This document shows, one piece after another, positions 45,095 to 56,599 of a DNA stretch of 64,000 nucleotides. The position numbers were made by a program, and so were the translations under genes. Position 1 is the stretch's first letter, and each line of letters begins with the position of its first letter. The notes below the pieces were generated by a model. It did no database searches, was not told the origin of the DNA, and was given only the letters and a program-made list of their open reading frames with translations. Source of the DNA: Azolla caroliniana (Eukaryota; Plantae; Polypodiophyta). Location of the stretch: positions 17,236,001 to 17,300,000 of the forward strand of contig JBHGNT010000002.1 in NCBI GenBank assembly GCA_043228905.1, given 5' to 3'.

Positions 45095-45530
45095 CAGGTT
45101 CGCAGAGAAGTCCTCTTCAAACCCCTACCCGCCAACCCCGTCCCGGTTCGAAGAGTAGTACTCTTCAAACCCCTCCCCGATTCAAGGAGAGGTCCTCCTC
45201 ATCGAACCCTTCCCCAGTTCGAGGAGAGGTCCTCATCAACCCTTCCCCATTTTGAGGAGAGGTCCTCGTCGAACCCCTACCCTCCAACCCCGTCCCAGTT
45301 CAAAGAGTAGTACTCTTCGAACCCCTTCTCCCCGGTTCGAAGAGACTCACTCCTCGAACTCCTCACCACCGGTTCGACAAGAGGTTCTCTTCAAACCCCT
45401 TCTCCTCGGTTCGAGGAGACGTACTCTTCGAACCCCTTCCCCCTGGTTCGAAGAGAGGTACTCTTTGAACCTCGTCCTCCCGGTTTGACGAGAGGTACTC
45501 TTCGAACAACTCACTCCCGGTTTGAAGAAC
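45095..45530 (+). repeat. Degenerate ~38-42-bp tandem array with TTCGAACC...GGTTCGAA inverted arms in the 3' region of I
   Basis: Units of the form TACTCTTCGAACCCCT...CCGGTTCGAAGAGAG, about 10 copies. Confidence 0.8.
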
Positions 45531-46094
45531 ATCTCACCACTCACCCCCAGTCCGCCGAGAGGCCCCCGCTGCCCAAACACAACCTAGACACTAACCCGTC
45601 CGTCCCTTTAAAATATAAATATAATTATCGTTATCCCTCCAAACACCTCATACTACTTTCAATTATAATAATTATAACTAATCAAAATAAGTCATTCATA
45701 TCAATCAATAAATACACTAATCATCAGTTGTATTGCTATGTAGACAAGGTCCAAGGAGTGTAAGAGTTGGTACACTCTCATATGGCTATACTAATCTTTG
45801 TCCTAGCAGGTTATAATCGATGGTGTCCGCCCCATTCACCAAGCTCCTTCACGCGCAATATCCCGACGCTGGCTGTGGCTCCTTGCTAATTCAAGCCGAG
45901 TTAAACAACACCGGTTGTACCTATCGAGCCTCAAGTTCTTCCTCGGGATTGGCCTTTGGGTTGTACTTCCCAAGCTGTTCAGTGGTTCCTCACAGGCTAC
46001 AACTCGGATACTAGCCACGTTTGCATGCACGCCTTCGCGGATGCTACCCCTGTCGAGTTCCAGTTCAACATCGCCGACGTTTGCACTACCCTAC

Positions 46095-49000
46095 TGAAAA
46101 GAGAGATGATGATAGAAAAGAGAGAGAAGGAAGATATAGAAACCCAAATCTACAAAGATATATTAATAAGGAGTGATGATCATAGAAACAAGAGAAAGAA
46201 GATACATAAACTCAAGCCTACAAGGATCAATTGATCACTAGAAAAAACGCACTACATGAATAGGCAAGAAAAACCCCACAAGAAAAAGGCCCCCTTTTTA
46301 CCACCTCACTCTTCTTGCTTTATATGAAGTTCTCCTCTAGTAGATAAGTTTCGCTTGCTTTCTTTTCCACGCTTTTTTTAGAGCTTTTCCATCTCCTATT
46401 CTTAGCTATGACACAACGATCTTCTAATCGTCATATCTCCCTCATCCATGCACCAAATTTAGAGTTTTAAAAAGCTACGGATAACTCTCGTCATAAGCTT
46501 TCTAACCCATATTTACACGTGATATTTGGGTGTCAAACGAGAGAGTTATGAGCATTTGTTTCTGACTGCGTTTTGGTGGTCTGCTTTTTCTCTTTTTAAC
46601 TTTTCTCCATCTTTATTGCTTTTATTTGGACTTATCCACGAGATGTTAGTTCATGTCCTTGTCCTCCAAATGTGAATCCTCCATACCTTATATTCTTTTA
46701 GTGTCCAATGGCTTGAATTCTAAAAACAGTTTCACATTTAGCCCTCCCCCTTGCTTCTTGGTGAACCATTTATGGTGAACCCTAAGCTACTAATAAAACT
46801 AAAGGTTCTCCTTCGCCTTATTCATGGCTATAGACAAAGAAGGAGATAATAAAAACAAATGATGTGAGTAAAACCCCCGCTAGTCGGTAGGAAAAACCTC
46901 ACACTCCTAATACAAAATAAAATAAAATGGCAATTACACGTATTTATTCTTCTCCTTGCCAAAAAAAGAAGAGTATTTTCACACTTATCTAATTGAAGAA
47001 GAAACATGGGAACAAGTCCACGTTTTGATCTGTGGCATCATCATCAAGCTCTTCATTCACATTATGTAGATATGTGGGTCCACGATTCAAATATTGCTTT
47101 AAACGCCATCCATTTACTCGTAGCTCATGTATCGTGCCATCGATGTCCTTGAGTTGATAACTTCCATTGTCATAAACTTCATGCACAACAAAGGGCCCCT
47201 CCCATCGGTTCACCATTTTTTGACCTTTGATGTTGTCAAAACGGTTGTCATAACGAAGAACTAGTGACCCTTTAAGAAATGTTTCTAATCTTGCTTTTTT
47301 ATCATAATATTGTTTCCTCCTCCACGCTTGTTGTAAGTAATGCTCTACCGCCTCTTCTCTTGAATATTGCAATACATGATTGTGTGCTAATCGATCCTCC
47401 ATAGCACTTTCTCCTTCACGACACGAAGCTTGCATAAGTCGATTACTTCGCACTTGTAGTTCAATAGGAAATAAAGCCTCTTGTCCATACACTAAAAAGA
47501 ATGGGGTAAAACCCGTGGATAACTTAAAGGAAACACAGTATGCCCAAATAGCATCATCAAGAAATTTATCCCATGTTCTCATTTTATCATTAACAAGTTT
47601 TTGGAGATTTTTAACCAAAATACCATTCACCTTCTCCACTGCACCATTAGCTTGAGGATAGTATGGGGTAGAGTACCTATGCTTTATCTTCAACTTCTCT
47701 AATAAGTAAGCCAATACTTCACCACGAAAACTTGGACCATGATCAGATACAATCTCTAATGGTACACCAAATCTCGTACAAATATTACGGTAGATAAATT
47801 GAGCCACGTCCTTAGATTTGATTGAAGAAGTTGCCGCTACTTCCGCCCACTTGGTCATGTAATCAATTGCTACCAAGATATATTCCTTACCATGTTGGGT
47901 CTTTGGAAGAGGACCTACCGCATCGATTCCCCACTTCTCGAACGGAGCAAAAACCACGATCGGATGTAAAGGACCCACACGAAGATGTCTACGTCCCGCC
48001 TTTTGGCATGCATCACAAGATTTGCACCACTCGTGAATGTCTTTATGGATGGTAGGCCAAGTAAAACTTGTTAACATAATCTTTCGCAACATGATGTCAT
48101 GAGAAAAATGACCTCCACAAGCCTCCTCATGCATCTTCCTTAGGATCTCTACAATCTCCTCTTTAAGGGGCACCCTTCTTAGAATATCATCCTTGCCTTT
48201 ATGATACAAATCCTTACCAACCACTACATATTGAGAAGATCTTGATACCAACCTTCTTCTCTGTAACCCATTAAGATCCTTGAGGAAAACACCATCGTTA
48301 AGAAGCTCTTGTATCTCTAAGAGGGACTCTGCACCCTTACATTCTTCTAAAATACATACAGGTTCCCCTTTAATCTTCACTAATTGTTCTTGAGCAAGCG
48401 CATCAGCCTCTTTATTATCCACACGACTTACATGTTTTACTTGTACTTTACTAAATGACTTCATTAATCTAAGTGCCTCCTTATAGAAGCCACGTAATCC
48501 ATCACTTTGACATTTCCACATACCTTGAATTTGTTTGACAATTAATAGGGAATCACCTTTGATGATTAATCTTTTGATTGCCCTAGCTTTACAAAGTCGT
48601 AAGGCAAAGCACAAGGTCGCGTATTCTGCTTCATTGTTGGTGTTGACATTGGGAAGCGAAATCCCTTCAGCGTGTACCACCTCTCCATTGGGGTTTCTTA
48701 ATATAAAGCCTCCAACCGCTAAATTTGTTGCCTTTCGGTAAGCACCATCAAAGAACAATGTGAAAGCATCTTCTATATCTGGTTCGGGAAGGGCATCTCT
48801 TAGCTTTGATAAATCTTCCTCATGAAGACTCTCTCTATAAGTGAGAAGATCCGCCAATTCCGCACGCATAGTGGACTCAAGCCTAACTTCAAAATCAAAC
48901 TCGACCAATAGAAGAGCCCACTTTGTAATTCTAGATGATACATTTACATGTTGTAGTACATAGGGGAGTAGTGACATACTAGTGATTATTACAAAGTGTT

Positions 49001-52000
49001 GAGGGATAAGAAAGCTCCTAAACTTTTGACATGCATATGTAAGAGCTAACACCCACTTTTCCACATCCATAAAGGTTTTTTCCACATCACTTATGGCTCT
49101 ACTTATATAATAAATAGGATGCATTAGCTTATTATGAGGATCTTGTTGCATGAGAATAGAGCCAATAGCATGAGAGCTAACACTAAGAGAAAGAAAGAAT
49201 GTAGAATTTCTATCTGGTGGCTTAAGAATAGGGGTTTTAGCTAATAGCTCTCTAACCCTATCAAATTTTTCTTGCATAAAAGGATTCCACACAAAAATAT
49301 TAGTGCGAAGGATGACTCGAAAAGGATAAAGGGCTTGGGCTAGCATGTGGATAAATCTCTCAAAGTATCGCACCTTTTGAACAAAAACCTCCAAGGACTT
49401 AATATCTTTCGGATACGGTAAACTTTCAATCACTTTGATCTTTGAGGGATCCACCTTAATTCCTTGAAGAGACACCACATGTCCAAGCATCGCCACCTCT
49501 TTTTCTCCAACATGGCACTTTTCGGGGTTGAGTTGTCCTTTACATTCATCAAGACGTTTGAAAGCCGCTCGCACCTTCTCTAGATGACCAATCCTTGTAC
49601 TATAGATGGCAAAATCATCTATAAACACCCTTACAAATTTTCCAAAAAAGGGTTGAAAAACATGTATAGCCAAACGATTGAAAGTAAACACCGCATTGGT
49701 TAAACCAAAAGGCATACACTTATAAGCAAAACAACCCCAAGGTGTTATGAAGGTTGTCTTTCTTTGATCCTCCTCTGCGATTCTTATTTGAAAATAGCCG
49801 GAATACCCATCACATACCGTGTACATCTCATGCCCCGCAATTTCATCCAAAATCTCATCTTGAAAAGGAAGTGGAAAGTGATCCCGCTTCGTAGCTGCAT
49901 TCAAAGGTTTGAAGTCGACACAAACTCGCCATTTTCCATTCTTCTTAGGAACCACCACAACGGGGGACACCCACTCCGAATCCTCCACGGGGTATATGAA
50001 ACCAGCCCTCAACAAAGCTTTAACCTCCTTTAATAGAGCCTCCTTTTGGACTGTCCCCAGGCGACGAAGCTTTTGGGCAACCGGTTCACTTCCCTCCTTC
50101 AACTTGATTTGGTGTTTAATGACATCCACTCCTCTAATCTGCGAATAGTCATTTATAAATAACCTCGGAAACTCAGAAAGTAGGGAAACAAACCTTTGTC
50201 GATCTTCTCCTTGAATATCTTTGGAAATCATCTTCTCTCGTTGTTCAAGGGTGATGGTTTCTTCCTCTTTATTGTCTTCTTTCTCCTCCTTGGATATCAC
50301 ATATGATGTTGTCTCCTCCCAATCTGATGAAGTACTATCACTTGCACTACTCTCTTCTTCATACTCACTATCAAATGAGTTGTTCTCCCTTGCACCCTTG
50401 ATCACTTGTTGAAGACGCATGTCGTAGACAATGTTGACACTCTCGGAGGGTGCCAAAGTCATCAACCCATTACTCCAATCCTGAATTACATTTAGTTCTT
50501 GCATCCAAGGTCTTCCCAACACCAATGAATAAGAGGGTCCCTTAAGGGGAATAACATGGAAATCCATAGAAATACATATACCAAAACACTCAAGGATAAC
50601 ATCTTCTATAATCCCCATGCAAGGTACTAATCCTCCATCAGCTACAGCTACTTTCGCAGATGAACTTTTACAAATAGGAATATCAAGCTTACTTATAAGG
50701 ACTTCTGAGATAAGACTTATTCTAGCACCACTATCCACTAAAGCATCCTTAACTATATAACCTTTTATAGATACCGGTATTGTAGGTCGAATATCCTTTC
50801 GTTCCTTCACTCGTACAACCCCCGCATAGTGCACTGTTTTCGTACTTTGACGTATGCTCGCTAGTCGTCCCCATTCTTTTCGTATTTTTGGAGAGAGTTG
50901 AAGAAGTTGCGGCCAAGTGATCCGGGGTCCATTAGTAATCAGCTCTTGCTTGAGGTCGAAAGGCTCCACTCCTTTCCCCATGGGCATATCCTCCATATTG
51001 ATCTTTCTCCTTGAACGACGCCTTTTTGAAGGATTCTCCATCTTAGACTCCTTAGTTTTTTTCTTTATTTGAGGGTTACTTGACTCCCCTTCCACCTCTT
51101 TTCCCTTATGCGTTGCTCGAGTTCTCTTGATTGGAACAACATCACAATCATCGTCAGTATCATACATAAAATCAAGAAGATTTACATTGGAAGGTATTGT
51201 TGGGACTTGAGCCATCGGCAACGGTCCTCCATCACTAGAAACTTGATTATTGCTATTTGCATGGTTGTTAGGGGCATTTGAACCTCCTTGAAGTTGATAG
51301 ATACCTCGTCCTAAACCACCTTGTCTTCTTGAAGGACATCGTGTAGCAATATGTCCTTCAACACCACAAGAATAACAAACCGGGACCCGTTTTTCTGGTG
51401 GCACCTCGCGAACCTGGTTGGTGTTCAAACTAGCTTGCATTTGGCGGAATTGATTCGTTAGCTCGTCAAGTCGTCGGTTTAGTTGCTCGGGGAAACTTCC
51501 ATCAATTCTTGGATGATCTACATCTCGCAACATTGTTAAACTAGCTTGGTTAGCTACATTAGAATTAAATATGTTTGGAAAAACCTGTCCTCCATGTACA
51601 ATAGAGGATGGATGTGGGGCGTTTAGAGTTGACACCACATTCGCATTAGCTATCGCCACCGTTGTATCGACCCCCATCCGCATCACTTTAAGTTGTCTAT
51701 CATATATTTGACACACTTGTAGAAGAGTTTGAAAATTGGTTGGGTCCTTCAAATTCGCCTCCATTGCAAAGTAAGGGTTCAAGCCCCCCTTGAAGCGATC
51801 CATCTTGAACCACTCATCCTCTACGCCTCCTCGTAGACGGATCCATGTTGACCACAGCTCTTTGAACACCCTCTCGTATTCCGAATACTCCATCGATGTT
51901 GTCATACGCAACGCGAATAGTTCCTCTCGCACCTCCATCGCACTACGACGTCGGATGTACTTGCTTCTAAATTGTTGAACGAGCAATTGGTAGTTGGTTT

Positions 52001-52896
52001 GTTGGTTGGGAGGTAATGACTCATACCACTCCCGGGCTCTTGAGTAGAAAGTTGCCACCAACAAGGGCAATTTCTCTATGTCATTCACCTTCCCAATCGA
52101 AACCGCATGATGCTCGAAAGATGCCAAAAAAGCTCCTCCATCCTGAACACCATCACCTGCGAAAGCAAATTGAAACGCCATATCCACGTAATACTAAAAC
52201 ACAATCAATCTTCCCAAGGTACGGAAAAGATCGACCCTCCCTGGAGCGCCAAAATGAAAAGAGAGATGATGATAGAAAAGAGAGAGAAGGAAGATATAGA
52301 AACCCAAATCTACAAAGATATATTAATAAGGAGTGATGATCATAGAAACAAGAGAAAGAAGATACATAAACTCAAGCCTACAAGGATCAATTGATCACTA
52401 GAAAAAATGCACTACATGAATAGGCAAGAAAAACCCCACAAGAAAAAGGCCCCCTTTTTACCACCTCACTCTTCTTGCTTTATATGAAGTTCTCCTCTAG
52501 TAGATAAGTTTCGCTTGCTTTCTTTTCCACGCTTTTTTTAGAGCTTTTCCATCTCCTATTCTTAGCTATGACACAACGATCTTCTAATCGTCATATCTCC
52601 CTCATCCATGCTCCAAATTTAGAGTTTTAAAAAGCTACGGATAACTCTCGTCATAAGCTTTCTAACCCATATTTACACGTGATATTTGGGTGTCAAACGA
52701 GAGAGTTATGAGCATTTGTTTCTGACTGCGTTTTGGTGGTCTGCTTTTTCTCTTTTTAACTTTTCTCCATCTTTATTGCTTTTATTTGGACTTATCCACG
52801 AGATGTTAGTTCATGTCCTTGTCCTCCAAATGTGAATCCTCCATACCTTATATTCTTTTAGTGTCCAATGGCTTGAATTCTAAAAACAGTTTCACA
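46095..52896 (-). mobile_element. Element L: intact compact non-chromovirus Ty3/gypsy (OTA/Tat-like) with extra RNase H
   Basis: 642-bp LTRs 46095-46736 and 52255-52896 (two substitutions seen); TSD CCTAC; PBS TGGCGCTCCAGGGAGGGT 52234-52251 (tRNA-Arg-like, uncertain); PPT GCAAGGGGGAGGG. Confidence 0.96.
46989..52187 (-). CDS. Polyprotein Gag-CCHC-PR-RT-RH(degenerate)-aRH-INT, 1732 aa
   Basis: CYSCGVEGHIATRC, LVDSGA, MPFGL, FIDDF, LFFDGA...TNNEAEY...GDS...NKEADALA, H..GGHF..CDAC, WGID, SDHG, NGAVE, WEGPF. Confidence 0.95.
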   Translation of the reverse strand: MDMAFQFAFAGDGVQDGGAFLASFEHHAVSIGKVNDIEKLPLLVATFYSRAREWYESLPPNQQTNYQLLVQQFRSKYIRRRSAMEVREELFALRMTTSMEYSEYERVFKELWSTWIRLRGGVEDEWFKMDRFKGGLNPYFAMEANLKDPTNFQTLLQVCQIYDRQLKVMRMGVDTTVAIANANVVSTLNAPHPSSIVHGGQVFPNIFNSNVANQASLTMLRDVDHPRIDGSFPEQLNRRLDELTNQFRQMQASLNTNQVREVPPEKRVPVCYSCGVEGHIATRCPSRRQGGLGRGIYQLQGGSNAPNNHANSNNQVSSDGGPLPMAQVPTIPSNVNLLDFMYDTDDDCDVVPIKRTRATHKGKEVEGESSNPQIKKKTKESKMENPSKRRRSRRKINMEDMPMGKGVEPFDLKQELITNGPRITWPQLLQLSPKIRKEWGRLASIRQSTKTVHYAGVVRVKERKDIRPTIPVSIKGYIVKDALVDSGARISLISEVLISKLDIPICKSSSAKVAVADGGLVPCMGIIEDVILECFGICISMDFHVIPLKGPSYSLVLGRPWMQELNVIQDWSNGLMTLAPSESVNIVYDMRLQQVIKGARENNSFDSEYEEESSASDSTSSDWEETTSYVISKEEKEDNKEEETITLEQREKMISKDIQGEDRQRFVSLLSEFPRLFINDYSQIRGVDVIKHQIKLKEGSEPVAQKLRRLGTVQKEALLKEVKALLRAGFIYPVEDSEWVSPVVVVPKKNGKWRVCVDFKPLNAATKRDHFPLPFQDEILDEIAGHEMYTVCDGYSGYFQIRIAEEDQRKTTFITPWGCFAYKCMPFGLTNAVFTFNRLAIHVFQPFFGKFVRVFIDDFAIYSTRIGHLEKVRAAFKRLDECKGQLNPEKCHVGEKEVAMLGHVVSLQGIKVDPSKIKVIESLPYPKDIKSLEVFVQKVRYFERFIHMLAQALYPFRVILRTNIFVWNPFMQEKFDRVRELLAKTPILKPPDRNSTFFLSLSVSSHAIGSILMQQDPHNKLMHPIYYISRAISDVEKTFMDVEKWVLALTYACQKFRSFLIPQHFVIITSMSLLPYVLQHVNVSSRITKWALLLVEFDFEVRLESTMRAELADLLTYRESLHEEDLSKLRDALPEPDIEDAFTLFFDGAYRKATNLAVGGFILRNPNGEVVHAEGISLPNVNTNNEAEYATLCFALRLCKARAIKRLIIKGDSLLIVKQIQGMWKCQSDGLRGFYKEALRLMKSFSKVQVKHVSRVDNKEADALAQEQLVKIKGEPVCILEECKGAESLLEIQELLNDGVFLKDLNGLQRRRLVSRSSQYVVVGKDLYHKGKDDILRRVPLKEEIVEILRKMHEEACGGHFSHDIMLRKIMLTSFTWPTIHKDIHEWCKSCDACQKAGRRHLRVGPLHPIVVFAPFEKWGIDAVGPLPKTQHGKEYILVAIDYMTKWAEVAATSSIKSKDVAQFIYRNICTRFGVPLEIVSDHGPSFRGEVLAYLLEKLKIKHRYSTPYYPQANGAVEKVNGILVKNLQKLVNDKMRTWDKFLDDAIWAYCVSFKLSTGFTPFFLVYGQEALFPIELQVRSNRLMQASCREGESAMEDRLAHNHVLQYSREEAVEHYLQQAWRRKQYYDKKARLETFLKGSLVLRYDNRFDNIKGQKMVNRWEGPFVVHEVYDNGSYQLKDIDGTIHELRVNGWRLKQYLNRGPTYLHNVNEELDDDATDQNVDLFPCFFFN

Positions 52897-53939
52897 CCTA
52901 CATTTGTTAGTGGATGGCATTCACTTCCGCACCACAAAGGCCCCTGGCGTCGTCCCCAACATCATCCCCGCCGCCTACTCCGAGTATTCCGGATGCAAAG
53001 GTTGGTGTTTCACTGAAATTCCCCCTCAGGTCCACGATCGTTGTAGCGCCATTGCCCAGATCGGTGACACTGCCTCCACTGACGCCATCAACCGCATCAC
53101 TGGTGAGTTCCTCAAATGGGTACACGATCCTCAACTAGTCTAGTGGGCCCACAAACTCGTCACCAACCACCCCCCGAGGAACCCCTCATCTATCCTTCCC
53201 GCCCTCGACGCCCGAAGCTCCCCTCCCACAGTGCACCTAGGAGTGTGCACTCATTAGGTTGGGGGGGATGTTAAGCGCTTGGATCACACTACGACCGGTA
53301 ATGAAGAAGAGCGCATTGACAAGGACGTAGTATGGCTAAAGGACCTACGAAGAGGGAATGACAAGAGGAAGGAGGACTAAGGGACACCCAAGTGTGAAAG
53401 GTCCACACCCTAAATGTAAATGCTATATAAACCACATAGTGGTGGCTTTGTAAGGGTTCTCCCATTTGTAAAGATCTCCCTATTGATTAAGAGCTAGAGC
53501 TTCCTCTCCTCCTTCTTGTAACCATTAAGCTTAAGAGAGATTAGTGAAGTGTTTAGTTAGAGAACACTAATCTCTCTTCCTTGTTGGCGCGAGACCTCTT
53601 AGCAAAGAGGGTTAATAACATATTCATTACTCTTATTGTCTATATTCATTATTCTATTGTCTATGAGAGTGAGCTTGAGTGAGATATCGTGCTTAATCAT
53701 CTATTAATAGTTAAGTGAGTGTGAGGCTCGGAGGTGTCTAACAACCATCTTCGCCCGATTCGCCATCAAAAGGGTATACACAGATCCGAACTCCGCAAAT
53801 GACATCGAGGACTTCACTCCATCGATACATAGATCCTACACATCTATTTGGCAACGAGACAACTCCAATTGCAACCTTGACTGCCACGAGACAACTCCCC
53901 GTGCATAAGTCAACTAGTGGTCCTCCCCAATGTCGTCTA

Positions 53940-54259
53940 GCTTGATACCAGATGTAGGAATTTGAGACCGTCAAAGCGGAAACATAAATAGCACCTTGCT
54001 ATGAAGATCACTGAGTTAGCAAGTGTAAGAAAGACACGACAGAGAATATGAGAGAGACAGACAGAGAGGTACACAAGTCGTAAGGGCTTTATTCAGAATA
54101 GTTCTCTAACAATTGCAACAACCACAAACTAGGTCACAAAGGCCATTTTATACTAACTAGGCTAGGGCAACAATACTTTGACATATTTAGAGAATTTTCC
54201 TAAATCTAGTTTGTCCAAGATACAATGTGAATACGGCCATTATAGACTAGTATTCAACA
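53940..54259 (-). mobile_element. K1: old G/J-related Copia 5' LTR (53953-54259) with degenerate Met PBS
   Basis: Resembles the G LTR (ends ...TATTCAACA on +); PBS TGGTATCAAGC. Confidence 0.7.
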
Positions 54260-55529
54260 CCAAGAGTGTCTTCCATAGTTGAAAGGCGGTCAAACACGAT
54301 TGCACTGTGAAGTACACTGACTCCGACAAGTGCATCCGATTTGTGGCACGGACGATTCTGTCCAACTTCTACCACTCATTCGGCTTGTATCCTTCTAGAG
54401 CGTCTTCAATCTTGATTGGGTCAATTTGGCTCTTCACTATTAGATAGTCCTGCATCTGCCCCTTCCAAAAGTTGAAGTTCGATTCGCCAGATGTTGATGT
54501 GATTTGTGTCAGCTTACTAGACTTTTTTTGGAATCAACTACGAACAGTGGTGGGGTGCTACCGACTGGCTCACCCGATATCTTTCTCGTCGGATTTGGAC
54601 ACGAGTCAAATCAACTTCGACTAGTGGACTAGTTGGGTGCTAAACTTGCTCAGATTGCTACGTTGAATACAGGGACAGAGCCGCCTGGTTTTCCCGAATG
54701 TCGCCTAGCTGTGTTGAGCACAATTAACCGTTGATTCAATTTCAATTGCCGATTTCAAGAGGTCAATCACAGATTATATGCCTTTGTGCCATTTTCCAGA
54801 CCGATCCTGCTTCGGGTGACTACAACAACAAGAGGGATAGATTTGACTTGTCTTCTTGAATGTTGTCTAGCCGAATAAAGCACGGAGTGGGGTTGCTCCT
54901 AGGGTTGAATCTGCGTTGAGTGCTTACAACAAATGAGTAGACAATGTCTAACCTAGTAAAGCACGATAGAGGTCAATTTGATACGGATTCCATTCTGAGC
55001 GGTAACAATCAAAGAAGCAAGATACAACCGATTGGCTCACCTTAAGAGTGATCTAGCGAAGTAGAGTGTGAATCTTCAATTGTCTTTCTCTTCTCAAGAT
55101 GAGATATTCAACTGAGGGTCTTCAAGAAGACAAAGCAAGAATGTTGTTGAAGGCGGATGATTGTCGGTAGCGAGTTGAAGAACCTCAAGCTCTGATACCA
55201 GATGTTGGAGTCTGAAGGCGTCAATGCAGAAACATAAACAACATCTATGATTAGACGATCATTGAGTTAGCATGGTAGTGCAAGATCAAGAAGAAGACAA
55301 AATGAAAAGAGAGATCGATAGACAGAGAGACGCACACAATATGTAAATATATTATTCAAACTTTGAGTTACAACAAATGGGCACAACAAATTTTTGAGCT
55401 AGGTTACAAAGCCCGTTATATACTAACTGGGCTAAGGCAACTGCCCTTCACATATTTACAGAATTGTCCTAAACCTAGTCTATCCAAAGGGACATTGTGA
55501 ATATGGCCATTAGACACCAGTATTCGACA
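54260..55529 (-). mobile_element. K2: old G/J-related Copia 5' fragment (LTR 55203-55529, PBS 55189-55200, leader, start of gag)
   Basis: FNFWKGQMQDYLIVK...IRMHLSESVYFTVQSCLTAFQLWKTL. Confidence 0.8.
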
Positions 55530-56030
55530 TGCTCCTTCGACATAGCTCCAATACCCGTGTCCGAACAAGTACTTGTGGATCTTGTATGACCAAGATGTGT
55601 AGTTGCTTCTATCAAGCTTCTCCATAGGAAGCGAGCTACCCATGCCTCTGTCCATGTTCTTGTCTTTTCTTTTCCAGAAGATGAAAACTTGTCTTTGTCT
55701 TGTTCTCTTTGTCGGTAGCAGAGGATCCTTCTAACCCTTGCACTTTGATACCATGTAAAAGAATATGTGCGGAAGCTTATGTGAAGCGTAAAATACACAG
55801 TCGGTTATCTGGAAATTCAACAATTAGGTAAACACAGAGAATATAGATGTGAGAGTGAGAGAGACAAAGACAGAGATAGAGCAGACAATGATACTTGATT
55901 CAAAATAATCAACACTCTATACATAGACTTCTGCTCAGAGAGAAATCTTTATATAAGCCCTGACGAGTGGGCTGACACAAGTATTGCCAAGTACTTGAAT
56001 GCTCATTAACCGAGCCTGACACTAACAACC
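55530..56030 (-). mobile_element. Copia 5' fragment of another family (start of gag, PBS ~55743-55753, LTR from 55754; outer end uncertain)
   Basis: MGSSLPMEKLDRSNYTSWSYKIHKYLFGHGYWSYVEGA; PBS TGGTATCAAAG. Confidence 0.7.
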
Positions 56031-56599
56031 TATAATATTCCTATTTACTAAAATAGGAATATAGGCCATTAATGGCCTGTCGGATTCCATCCAACTCAGC
56101 CTAGCCGATTGGTCTTCATCTGATCCGGCCCATGTTGAGCTTGTTTCTCAACAAAGAGGATCCCCAAATGGCCTTGGAAAGAGAGGTTGAGATTGCCAAG
56201 CAAGAGATGAAGGCTAACGAACCTCCCCCAAAGACCCACAAAGCAAGAGAGCAAGATTGAGACAAAGGTAGATGCTACCAAATAGGTAGAACAATAAGAG
56301 ATGGACGGACCCAAAGAACCATGGAGCAAGAGTTTGAGATTGAAGTAGAGATACAAAAGGTGGAGGGATCCCCACCAACAAACGTGGAGCTAAAGATCAA
56401 GAGCAACTCAACAAAGGTGAGCGTGACTAAGACGGTGGAGCTAGAAATAAAGGAGGAACTTCCTCAACAGGTTACCAAAAGGAAGATCGAGACGATTTTG
56501 AACATCGGGGAATTGATTTGGTATGATTACATGTGAAAAGTTCCGAGAAATCGAACACGATGAAGACAACCGTGCAGCTAACCCGGATATCCCACCTAT

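Larger units (their letters stand above)
31270..53852 (+). mobile_element. Element I: non-autonomous Athila/OTA-like Ty3 element (gag, PR, INT tail, extra ORFs), host of D2/J and L
   Basis: LTRs ~31270-31855 and ~53269-53846 (several SNPs, 8-bp indel); tRNA-Asp-like PBS TGGCGTCACTGCCGGGGA 31858-31875; G-run PPT before 53269; RT, RH and INT core absent. Confidence 0.85.
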
